64,000 bases of DNA, from contig CM041465.1 in assembly GCA_023213395.1 (NCBI GenBank), positions 246,953,741 to 247,017,740 on the forward strand. The letters run 5' to 3'. The notes under the pieces are model-generated. The model was not told the origin of the DNA and did not search any database. It saw only the letters and a list, made by a program, of their open reading frames with translations. Made by a program: the position numbers and the translations under genes. This stretch comes from Cycas panzhihuaensis. Lineage: Eukaryota; Plantae; Cycadophyta. Shown one piece after another: positions 35,914 to 47,647 of the stretch; position 1 is the first letter of the stretch, and each line of letters starts with the position of its first letter.

Positions 35914-38690
35914 TGGATGCATGTTTACAGGATAGTCACATAGCTCGGTAGGAGTGATGATGGTCGATGGTGGTATTGAGGGTGCAGGTGAAAACCTACA
36001 AGCAAAGTAAGTAACATGTAGGGTACCCCATGCGCTAGAGTGTAAGTTCAAGACTTGAAGATGATACCCAATTACCTTAGGGTGGTCCTTTATCCTAAAG
36101 ATAAAGAGGGAAAACAAGAAAGGCAGTCTGGATAAGCTCGAGAGGAAGATCCTCCCACCCTTAGATGGTCGGAAGGGGAAGAGAGGAGTCCTCAAGGGTT
36201 TCCCTATGATGGAGGGAAACGAGTGGGGACAAAGTAGGCGATAGCCTACTATGAGACCAGGTTCCTCTTGGTTATTTGACCAAGCAAATAAGGCTAAAAG
36301 GGAGAGAGAGAAATGAGAATGGGACAACTAAACCAAAGTTTCCCCTAATGATCCAAAAAAGAAGCAAGAAAGGAAATGAGAATAGGTGTCACACATACAA
36401 GCAAACAATGCTAGGTGGGAATAAACCGAATGGGCAAACTAGGCTTTACAGGCAAAGGAAAAGGAAAGGGTAAGTTTCCCATAGGTCCTTTTCTTATGAG
36501 GGTCAAATGTGCGATATGCAAATATACAAACGTAAATAAAAGATATTATTTCCCCTTTCGCTTTTATGTGCAACCTACTTAACTAACACATAGATCCTAA
36601 ATAAAAGTAAGAAAGGGAAAGCGAGGGTTAAAGGGAGGATGCATGTACCCGAAAGATGTAACGGCCAATGAAGGACCTCACCTATGCACGACGTACGTCC
36701 CTGCATCAATCCAAGGAGGCGTGACTAAGTATTGACGTGTATGACAGGGGCTTCCTTACCTTCCCCTTTATGAAAAGGAAGCGAAAAGAAAAGAAGTAAA
36801 AGTAAGGAAACAAAGCGGTAAACCTTACCCGGATCTAAACACTTTATACCTTTATGAGAGCACCACGACAACCTACACATGCAAGGATTTATCCCTTCCA
36901 AGAAGGGACTGTAAAAGATAAACTATGTATATGCAAGTATATATGTGATATTTATGTTAGAGTGTTAGGAAAAAATAGTTGCTGCAACAAGCTCTAACCC
37001 TCTCTCAAGCAAGGACAAATATTAAGCAAAAATGGGGTAAGGGAAGCCTCAGGATGGCCAACCCTCCATTAGGTTCTCCACACAACTCTCAAGCATAGCA
37101 AGGTGATAATAAAGGTAACTAAGGATAGCGAAGGAGACCCAAGAAAAGGGCAATAAAGCACTAGGAAATATGCAGGATACGGAGTTACTATGGGCAGCAA
37201 TCCGGTGCATAAACCCTTGCCAATGATATCAAGGGGTACCCAACAACACAAGGGATACTACGGGGGTCCAAACAAGAGACGAGCAGGCCTAGAATCAGTG
37301 CAGAAAGGGGCTGCATACGCTGATAATCTAGCACAAGCTTAGGGCTCAATCACTTCTAATAATCCCAAGAAGAGCATGGAGTAAGAGAAGAGAAGGTGGG
37401 AAGGGGTTACCCTTGGAGAGAAGGATTGAAAAGGGGAATTTCCCTGCCTTGCTCTCTTCACCCAACCTTATGATTCTTCTGTCACTACTCCCTTGAAGAA
37501 AATCAGCAGAGAGAAAGGTGGAGCCAGGAGACAACAAGCCAAATATAATGGAAAAACACTTTGCAACGGTGAAACCTAAAGAAACAGGTAAATAAGATAA
37601 GAAATAAGTCTAAAATGGAGTAACTTACCATAAATCCAAAATAGAAGGGTTTGGGAGACCTGCTAGGTAGATATATAGCAGATATGGGCCTATTAACAGC
37701 AAGGAAAAGGACTCTTACGCAGGTTTGTAGGAGAAATTCCAACAGGCAGTTGAAAGGGACGCTTACTGAGCGAGTTGGAGAAGAATCAGCACTAAAATCA
37801 CTTGATAAAACCTGGAGAGAGGCTTTCCACCATGGAAGTAAGGAGTTGCAGGCAAATCCTAGCCTAGGGTGCAGGAAACATAAGTCTGTAAGTACACCTA
37901 TAGTAGAAAGAGCAGGAGAGCAAGAGTTGCAGTAGGAATTGTTGTGTTGGAGAGCAAAAAATAACCTAAGAGATCCTTAAAATGATGAGGGTTTTGATAC
38001 TTATACCCATCCTAGCCCTAAGTAAGCGAATAGGGCATGAATAGGGCTAAGGTGGACGTGAGACCACGTGGTGATTTCATGGGAAACACGAGAATTACCA
38101 CAGAAGATTTTAAAAAATAACTGACAGTAGTCGCACCACGGTAAACTTCGCAGTACCGTGGTAAACTTTGCGGTACCGCTAAGTTTACGGTCTTGGGACT
38201 AGAAGGCCGAATGGCGTGCAGGTTCTAAGAGCTTTAGGAGGTGATGTGGAAGGCTTGGTAAGGGTTGGCCCTCCTATCTAGGTGGCTAAGACAGTCCAAA
38301 ATGCACGTGGACAAAGGCAAGCAAACATCAATGGGCAAAAGGTCCCAGAAATGAGGTGTTAGGAACTCAAGGTCGACGCATGAATGGGCCATACAGTCTA
38401 GCAGACACTTGAGATGGTTTGGAGACATCACAGAGAGTCGTAAAGTGCCATGGAGATGCCTACCTTATAGAAAGGTAGGTCCCACTAGGTCATCATAGGC
38501 TCACGATATGACAGGCAACATGAACAGGCAACAAAATGCAAAGTAATCACGCAAATGAAGCAAGCAACCATGCAGAGAGGTAACACTTTTGTCAACCCTT
38601 CTAACAAAATAATACAAGTGGAAAGAGAGAAGCATACCTGAGCTTATCTAAGTTAACCTACCTGTATCCATTCCCGGTAGCTGGGAAACA
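35914..38690 (-). repeat. 3' LTR of Tat-2
   Basis: tggatgca..ctgggaaaca; collinear with 47648-50434. Confidence 0.96.
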
Positions 38691-39139
38691 CTACCCCCTT
38701 GGCAATAGAGCCTCGCCACTCAGAAGCATGGTACGATGGTGAATGCTGGCAACACAACTATCAGTAGCACATGTGCATGTATATATATATATATATATAT
38801 ATAAATCATGATCATAACAGGAGATAATGGTGCTGGAAAGTGTCATGGCGGAATGCGTAGATCCGAGGACAGGGGTGGAGATGACATAGGGGCTACCTAT
38901 GTGCCACCCGGGAATCAACCGGAAGCTAGAAAGATGAGGGGGCTTCTCCCATCGTAAAAGTGCAAAGAGATGCATGATAAAGTCAGGTAGAAGAGATAAA
39001 TGAGCAAACCTAGTAGTCGCTATAGTTTAACCTCATTAGCAGCCAGCTTTAACAGGTGCAAACAAATCGCAAGGTGGCGTACCCGATGGCCTGAGACTTG
39101 GGTGACAGAGTGACCAGGCAAGTCTCAGCGATAGTTGAC

Positions 39140-39545
39140 AAGAAGAGGAAGGCAGCGCTCAAGGATGAGGCAAACGAGACTATCTGCCTCAGCATTGAGG
39201 GCCCAAGGAATCTATCGAATGTTAATAGACTAAAAATTATCCAGCAGGGATCTGGCAGTCGAAGCAAGGGCTCTCAAGTGAGGGCATCGCACCTGGTAAA
39301 CCTGGGTGAGATGGGACACCACAACCTAGGAGTCATAGAGAAGAGCAATCGATCCGTGATGGAAACAGAGTGTATCAATGAGGGCCTCAATAATGGCCAT
39401 GTACTCAGCTTCGTTATTGGTGGCCTTGGGGAGGAAGATTCCAGAGTGCAAGAAATCATGTCTAGAAGAGCTATGAAGAATCTATACAACAGTAGAAGGT
39501 CCAGGATTATCGTAGCTTCTACCATCGGTAAAGATAAAGAGAGAC
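39140..39545 (-). pseudogene. Archaeal-type RNase H (aRH) module of Tat-2
   Basis: Minus strand: IFTDGRSYDNPG (~39500-39536), KTTNNEAEYMAIIEAL (~39383-39427), DS*VVVSHL (~39310-39335), IPWALNAEADSL (~39175-39212). Confidence 0.88.
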
Positions 39546-40649
39546 ATAGGTGATGATAAAAAATGTCTCAGTAGAGGAAGTATGTAGTAATACAAGAGTC
39601 GAATCACAAAGAGACTCATATGGCAAGTAATAAATGGCCATAAAGGGTAGGAGGACCTAGCAACGAGGCTACCTAAGGATAAGATCAGGCTATCCGGCCA
39701 CTGGCTGAGAGTGGGCAGAAAAATGGCACCCTGGGGTATCAAAGGTTGCTTTGGAAAGCAAAGAATGACTTCGAATGGAAGGAGCATTCCTGTTAAAGAC
39801 CCCAAGGATAGGAATGGGCTACAAAAATGAGTCTAGGATGGCAAAATAAGCCAAACGAGTACAAACTCAAGCATGCATAGGAGTGGCATATAAAACGAGA
39901 TAAAAGAGCCCTATAAAAAATGCATCGGCAAGGTGCCATAAATGCATCCACAAGAAAGAGTGAAACAAAGGCTACGGGAGCACAACGGGAGATAGGTCCA
40001 GAAGGTAAAGATGATCAGGGGTAAGAGATGACCTAAAGGGTTGTCACGAGAGTGGAAATGGAGACAGTGCCTATTGGAGTCCCTGCCTATATAAGGAAAA
40101 TTGATGAAAACAATATTCATTTTCACGGGCTCTCGAGCAAATCCAGATCCATTCCCTTACGCAATGGAGCATTACCCAACTTTGGAGGCACACGGAGGGA
40201 GATCAGGCTATCGAATCAGAGCCAGAGGATAGCCGTCAGGGTCGCGGGGATGAGATGGTGAGCACTAGGCCAGATCCAATGAATGGATCCTAGAAAACCT
40301 CATCCATCTCGCGGTTTCAAGTTTACTGCTTTTCATTGATTTTTGTGTAAGTTTTAGGCCCTATAAGGGTGAAGAATGACCTCCCAGGGCCAAAATTAGA
40401 CCCAGAAAGAGGTGAGACTGGGGCATTAGGTAGCCCAGGTCCCACTGGGCTCGGTTGTAGCCCACCAAAAGGAATTTTTTGGGTTTTTTGGTAGGGAAAT
40501 CCCCCCCTTTTGTGGGGGTGCCGTTCGTACTGTGGCAAAGACCGCAGTATCGCGATCTTTGCCATGGGGCCCTGATCACCATGGGACCCTGGCCAAACTC
40601 CGTGGTACCGTGAAGTTTGTTGCAGTGTGAAGGTAGAACTGCAGAAAAA

Positions 40650-42645
40650 ATGAGATAGGGGCCCCGAATCTCGATCAGGAGGAGCTGAGAAATATCCCTA
40701 AATATAAGGAATATGTAGACTTTGTTTTGATTGATGGGGTTGGCATTTTGCAGGCTATGATTGCGGTAGAAAACTGCGAGAACATAGGGATGGCTATGCT
40801 TAGTTTTATTCAGATAATGACCAGGGAGGATCGGGAGATCCTATGGAGGTGTGGCCTACTGAAGGTCATTAGGACACCCCAGTATATATCAGACCAGTAG
40901 CTATTGATAGACATCGTATCGCATTGGGACAGGAGGAGGCATGTCTTCCACCTACCCCACGTGGGAGATATGTCAGTGACGCCAAGAAATATCAGGAGGA
41001 TACTGGGAGTACCAGCGATGGGGAGGCCGGTGGCACTAAGAGCGTTGCCCAACAATGAGGCAGCACACATGGAGGCATCCATATTTTTCATAGGTTTGGA
41101 TAGATGGGAGAGGTGAGGGATTCCTCTCTAGACCATGGTCATGTCAGGGATTCCTCAAGTGAGGAAGTTGATCACACTATGCATTCTATTCTAAACCTCC
41201 CATAAATAGAATTATAGGGACATACTAGGTGGATGGATGGACGTGGTACGCTGATGTGAGGCAAGCGAGAGGATGGACTAGGCTAGCCTGATAACGGTGA
41301 ACCTTGTCGCATAGCTTGACGCTATCAGGGTAGCAGGCAAGGGAGGACTCTCATATAGTATGCTATTGTAGTGTTGGTTCTTTGACCACTTTGGAGTAGT
41401 GACGTCAGTAGGGGGACCACACCCTATCACAGAGTGAGGGGCCCCGATGGTCCATAGATGGCAGACTAGGCTCAGAGGGACTGAGGACAAGGCACATGTC
41501 CGTCGCTCAGTGGAGGCTACATCACTAGACCTTCTCATCATGATAGATTATAAAGTGGATCCGTACAGGGCGGTGAGGTGGGATAGTGACGATGAGGTAG
41601 GAGGAGCAGGAGTGCCCCCAGGAGGTGATGAGGGCAGTGATGAAGGTGATGGGACTAGCCCATCATGAGCTGTAGGAGAGGTAGGTCCGTCTGAGGCTAC
41701 AGGTGGAGAGGCAGGCCCATCAGGAGCTGCAGACGAGGGTAGGGGCCTAGTGACACGGGCTTGGAGGCTACAGATCATTAGGAGATCTAGAGAGGTAGTA
41801 GCAACACCAACCGCAGAGAGGAGGGATTCTCTAGGAGTTGAGGCCATGGCAGAAGAGGTACCAAAGGAGGAGGTACCGACAGCTGGTGGGGTGCCAGAGG
41901 GAGAGGCAGTCGCCTAAGTCAAGGAGCCGGTAGCTGCACCAAGTGAGACATGACCATTTCCTGTCATCGTTTGATTACCAGATACATACGCATTGTTTGG
42001 TTTTGATTTGATATCCATATATACATGGACTGATATGTGGCATGTTGGATTGCAGGTATGGTAGATATTCAGAGGTCAGTGGAGGTAGTAGTCTGAGAGA
42101 TATTCCCTTGGGCCTACGCGGTCTAGGCTAGTGATGAGCCTAGATCGGTAGGCAGTCACACGGCAGCATTTGCCCCATTGATAAAGGTGAGAGACATATG
42201 GATAGTAGAGTCCTAGGAGCATGAGGCACATATGGGGCGTCTGTAGGTAGAGATGGATGCCATTTGATCTAAGAGGGATGCCCTACAGACATGGGTGCAG
42301 GCACTAGAGGCTCAGGGAGGAGTCGGAGGGGATATAGAGAGCCATATCCTAGTGATAGTGCTGGAGGAGTGACTCTGAGGGATGAAGGAGAGGCTCTGCC
42401 TCATAGAGATGGAGCAGGATCGTATCCAGGTGCGATACGATCAACTGGTGGAGGATATTGCATCAAGGTCAGCATGGAGTAGGACGCAGACTCACACAGC
42501 AATGATGACCCTGAGGAGGCCACGGGATGAGGGAAGTGAGGTAGGGAGCTCACAGAGACTCAGGAGGAGTCTCAGAGGGATGTGGTCCATAGGAGAGGGA
42601 TCACATCGACTAGGAGATGATGCCCCAAGAGTAAGGCAACAATAG
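40650..42645 (+). pseudogene. Antisense accessory gene of Tat-2 with Plant Mobile Domain, acidic/Gly-rich linker, putative intron (41943-42055) and coiled-coil-like tail
   Basis: ORF 40904-41116 IVSHWDRRRHVFHLPHVGDMSVTPRNIRRILGVPAMGRPV fits the PMD hallmark WxxExxTFHLPxGEMTITLxDVxxLLGLPxxGxPV; LL*CWFFDH and VDPY follow; aa|gtgaga..ttgcag|g flank a T-rich segment. Confidence 0.82.
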
Positions 42646-43377
42646 GATAGGGTATATGTATTTGATTTTGATAGGGGAAAGCACAGATCTCTAGGGGGTC
42701 ACCATATATAGTCACATGATTGTACCCCCCCTGCAAGGACACTGGCTTCCCATGGATGATATATCACATCACTTATATGACATGACATATGATTTTTGAT
42801 GTATATGTAGATAGGGTGATTGATACCCCATTTTGACACATGATGACATGTATCATAATGTTTGATGGATGATATATATATTTGTTTACATATTTATGTA
42901 TGTGTGATGGTCCACGGATGCACGAGGATATGTATGGTTGCATTTTGAGTTGATTATCGTATAAGCTTTGTGTTATGACATTTGTTTAGGTTGTGCATAT
43001 TTCCTTTTATGCAGGGCCATATACCTAATAGGAGCACACACGATCACCCTGAGTAGAGGTGATAGACATATGTGGGGTTAGGAAGTAGGGCGACACGTAT
43101 GTCCACATGGGAGCATAGCGAGATATGCAAAGGAAATACCAAACAAGAGGGGAGTGATGATACTCCAGAGCGTCATCCTAGCTGGGGGCTGTCCAAATAG
43201 GAGGATAAGGTCCTAAGGAAAATGGGAACAAAGGTTCCACGAGAGGAACTAGAAAGAAACAAAAGGGGCCATCCTGAGCCGTCATTCCACCTGTGGCTAG
43301 GGTAAATGGAAATGAACTTAAGATGGTAATTTAGGCTCGTTTCAGAGCATGAATAAGGTGAGGACAAGGCCACTATT

Positions 43378-46300
43378 AGAATTTCTTAAGGAATTTCCCA
43401 TTAATGGCTTTTTCAAACTCAAGGCCCTCCAAGGTGGTGATCCTATAGGTGTCATTACCAAGGCTCTCGATGACGACAAAAGGGCCAACCTATTTGGGCC
43501 TTAATTTAGCCAAGCGGTCATGAAGATACTCCAATTTGAGGACATGGTCCCCAAGAAACAAAGCATGAGAATGAAGATGTTTATCGTAGGTCCTTTTTGA
43601 GTAAGCTTTGGATGCGAGGTTAGCCTGGTAGGCGGCTAAACGTCTCTCATCCAAAGCTTCGAGGTCCAGGAGGCAAGCCTGACGGATCAACTCCTCATCG
43701 ATGAGACCCCTAAGAGAGACTCGTAAGGAGGGAATCTCCACTTGGTTGGGTACGAAGCCTACTAAGTGCTCAAGCAAGGCTTCATCATCTTCAAAATAAT
43801 CCACCCCATGGATGACCTTACTTTGAATAGATGAAGTGTTGAAGGAAGTGGGAACAACGGGACCGTGGTGGTCATCAGGCTGTCCAACCTCCTCAGAAGA
43901 CTCTAAGAGAGAGTTAGGAAGGGGCTCCTCGGAAGGAGCGAAAGGAAGTTCCTTGAAACTATCACCTACAGGGGGTGACAGAGAGGAAGAACTAATGAGC
44001 TATGGATCAATACATGCAATGACATGAGACACAAAAGGGTGACTAGTCTCACCAGCGAGAGGGGTTCCAGGTTGGGACCTAGAACAAGAAGGGTGTATCC
44101 TACTGGTGTGAAGGAAAGAAACGGGATAAGGAAAGCCCTCATCCTCATCATGGGACTCATCATCACTAAACGAGATGAGGTACCCATAGCTCCCAACACC
44201 GATAGGAGCGAAACATATGAGACTAGAGGAAGAAGATTCAGGATCTTCTTCAATGTGGGATGGATCAAGTATGCCGATGGAGCAAGCTGAGGTATGAGTA
44301 GAAGGGCCTTGGCTCGCTTGGTTAATCAAATGAGTTTGCTTAACAGGTGGGCATTCACGAGAAATAACCCTCATCCCTCTATCGTGGAAAAATTTAAGTT
44401 GCCCCCAGTGGGTCGAACACACAACTTCCATCTGATCGAGCTATGGTTGACCTAAGAGAAGATTGTAGTTCATGTCAACATCAATGACTACAATTTCAGC
44501 GAGGACAGTCTTGGCCTCGAGGGTGAGCGGGATCGAAACAGATCCTAATGGAGTCTTTTCACTATCGTCATAGCCTTGGCATCACCATTGAATAGGTTCC
44601 AAGGCAGAAATGCCAAGCTCTTGCATAATGTATAAGGGCATGGCATTCACAGAAGAACCATTTTTTATAACAGTCCTTTGAAGAGTACAGTCAGGTGTGA
44701 AAATAGTGATAGTGAATGGGAAGTTCCATTGGCGTTCCCTTTCACACGCAGGGGGAAGGTCTTTAGGGTCGAAGGAAATGGTGGGCTCATGGCTTTGGGT
44801 AACACCCAAAGCATGAATGGGTACGTCATTTGATCCTAAAGCTTCCAAAAGAAGAGTCTGTTGTTTGAGATAACTCCTCAAAAAATCCATTAAGGACATT
44901 CCCGTAGTGATAATATGGAGTTCATCAACGATAGAGAAAGGCTTACAATTCACAGTAGGTTGGGTAAGCACCCTTCGAAAATTGTAACAACTAGGACATA
45001 CCGGTATGGCCTTAGGAAATAGCGGGACTTCTGGAGTGGAGTTTTCTGGAAGAGGATCAGAGTGTGGAGTAAAAGAAGAGGCATCAACTGCCTCTTTAGC
45101 GGCTTGAGACTAAGTAAGGGCATATAAGGGAGTAGCCTTAAGCATTTGGATTACCTTCTTTCCCTTGTTCCAGGACTGCGAAAGTGAAGGAGTACATCGG
45201 TGAGGGAAACGCAAAGAAGAAGACGAATCCTGAATGCCCTTCCCTTTATCGCAGGAAGGACAGGAATTCGGTGATCTTCCCCGGTTTTGGTTGTTTTTGG
45301 GTTGAGTATTACGATCACGTTCCCCATGTTTGGGGAACAGATCCTTATGGACTGGTTGGTCTACATTGGGCCTTGAGGCCCGTTTAGGGGATGAGTCACA
45401 TCGAGGAGCATCCTTAGGATGCTGGGCCCTACAATGTGAGTCATCATGGAAACACTCCTCATGAATGGAACACCACTTCTTCTCAAGTGAGGAATCAGGT
45501 TTCCTCACTTGAGAGGGTTGGGTGTTACCATTCTTAGGGAGGGAGGCTTGAGTAGCTTGTTGTATTTGTTTGTTAGAAGTGGGTGATAAAGGAGCTTGTA
45601 GTTTAAGTTCCTTCATCATACGTTCAAATGAACTTATAGCGGATGCAAGTGGATCTAGGGTCTTCTCAGTTTGATGAGAAGAGGACCTAGAGGATTGTTG
45701 TGGTTTGGTTTCTTTAGTTAGAGGTGGTGCCTCACGTCATTGTGAGGACTTGGGAGGCTTCTTGAGTCCAGCCTAGATTTCAATAGCCTCAAGTGCTAAA
45801 CACTTTACGATGGCAGAGTCGCATGTAGTCACCCCCATCTTAAGGACTTCTACATGGACTTTAGGGCAAAGTGCATTAACGAAGAGATCCCTCTTCAATT
45901 CCTTGGGCAAAATAGCCTTAGTGGAATGAAGAAGGTTATGAAATTGCCGCACAAAGTTACGATTCATCTCATCGTGACCTTGTCTGAGCGAAAGAAGAGA
46001 TTTCATTCCATTTTCGAATGGGCGAGCAACATCAAAATAATTGATGAACTCATCCACAAGTTGCTGGAATGAAAAAATAGAATAAGTTAGCAAGTGATAA
46101 AACCATTTAAGGGCATCGCCTTGTAAGGATCATGGGAATAGTTTCATTAGAATGTGGTCATAGGCCCAGTAATCAATACACGCCATAGAGAAACTATAGA
46201 CGTGCTCCGTTGGGTCTTGTGATGAAGTTCCATCAAACTTAGGAACTTTGAGAGGATGAGGCAATAAGTTGGTTCTTAACGCCTCGACAAATAATGGTGT

Positions 46301-47400
46301 CGATATATAATCCATAAAAGGACGTGCCCTTGCATGGACCTTTTGATCGACAAATGATGTAGGAGGTAATGAACAAGGAACAAATGGGGATGGTAAATCC
46401 ATCCCTCCTTGAGGAAGTGTCCCATGCTAGAAAGGGGCTTAAGGATAAGCACCTTGAAAGGAAACTGGGTTCCCTTGTAAAGACGTAGCATAAGGAGCTA
46501 TGTTGGATGGTGGAAAAGAAGGGTGTGGAATTGAGTTTTGTCCATATGGGCCACCCGTGGGTGGTGTAACCCCATATAGATGTAGCGGGTCCACCCCACA
46601 AGCTGGAATATGATTCCCTTTACCCTGCCCCCAAGGTTGAGAAGTATAACCTGGGGGTATGTAAAGGGAAGGACCATTAGGTTGGTTTTAAGGATACATG
46701 GGAGCAGATCCCACATGACTAGTTGTGGCAGCGTTAGTAGGACCTCTAGGCCTATTAGGAAACGCATGCACCACATTAGGAGGTGGCACATTAGCTTAAC
46801 TCAGAAAAGATATGCTAACCCCAAGTTGGGGGAGAAACACACCACAAAAGGGTCCCGAAGAGCTAGGACCATGATAAGGAATAGAAGGCGCAACATGCAT
46901 CCCCAAAGTAGGTGTAGGAAAGGAGCGAGACGAATGTGCAGGCACAAAAGGGTTACTTGTTGTGGGAGGTGGAGATGCGAATGAAGAAGGTGGGATAGGA
47001 GCAAATGAAGAAGACATTCCACCACGCAAAATACCTTTAAACCATCTGGGATGTGATTGAAGACAAGCTGCTCAAAAGCACTCATTAAGGGCTTCAACCA
47101 CATCGGCAGGAGGGGTATCTACATAATCGTAGGAAGTAGACGAGACTTCATACAAAGTAGACCCCTCGGGATGCTCCTCATAAGAATCACTAACTGGATG
47201 GTGAATCTCGAGAGGAGATAGGCCCTCTACTGCATGAGTAGAAGGATGGGTGTCAAGTGGGTGATGTTGGTCACCCAGGTAGTAAGTAGGATCGTCACCC
47301 TCTTGGGTGGATCCCAGAATAGATGCAGGGAACTGTTGAGTTCCCGAGGCAAATGCATAATAGGCCCAATCAGAAGGGTATCCTTCCATTTTCAAATCGG
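43378..47400 (-). pseudogene. Tat-2 gag-protease joined directly to the integrase C-terminal tail
   Basis: gag LKVPKFDGTSSQDPTEHV..LMKLFP (ORF 46130-46402) and FQQLVDEFINYF (45773-46093); WCSIHEECFHDDSHC (45110-45619); protease VIKNGSSVNAMP (44582-44971); ORF 43490-43804 fuses linker DYFEDDEALLEHL to VEIPSLRVSL..LEALDERRL..KLRPK, then VGPF..INGKFLKKF. Confidence 0.92.
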
Positions 47401-47647
47401 AATCCGACGATTAAATAAGATGATACGCGGGATCTTCTAACAATGGAGGTAAACCAGGTAGGCGATGTGAAAAGTGTTGCATACAAAGCCTGCCAACACG
47501 TTAGAAGAAGAAAAAAGATGCAAAGTGAGTGTGTTGGGGGTTGCCCAACAAAAGATGAAGTGGAGGAGAGCACTAGAAGGTAATAGTATCAACAGGAAGA
47601 GATAGGAACTAGCTCCCTTACTGGCAAGTCCCTAGTATGGTCACCAG

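Noticed and set aside
35818-36327. 169-aa ORF with a near-identical partner at 47618-48061 (also 37069-37251 and 48745-48987)
   Set aside because: The similarity is simply LTR duplication; no recognisable domain, and the frames run across LTR boundaries.
39098-39553. 151-aa plus-strand ORF
   Set aside because: It is the antisense shadow of the aRH module on the minus strand.
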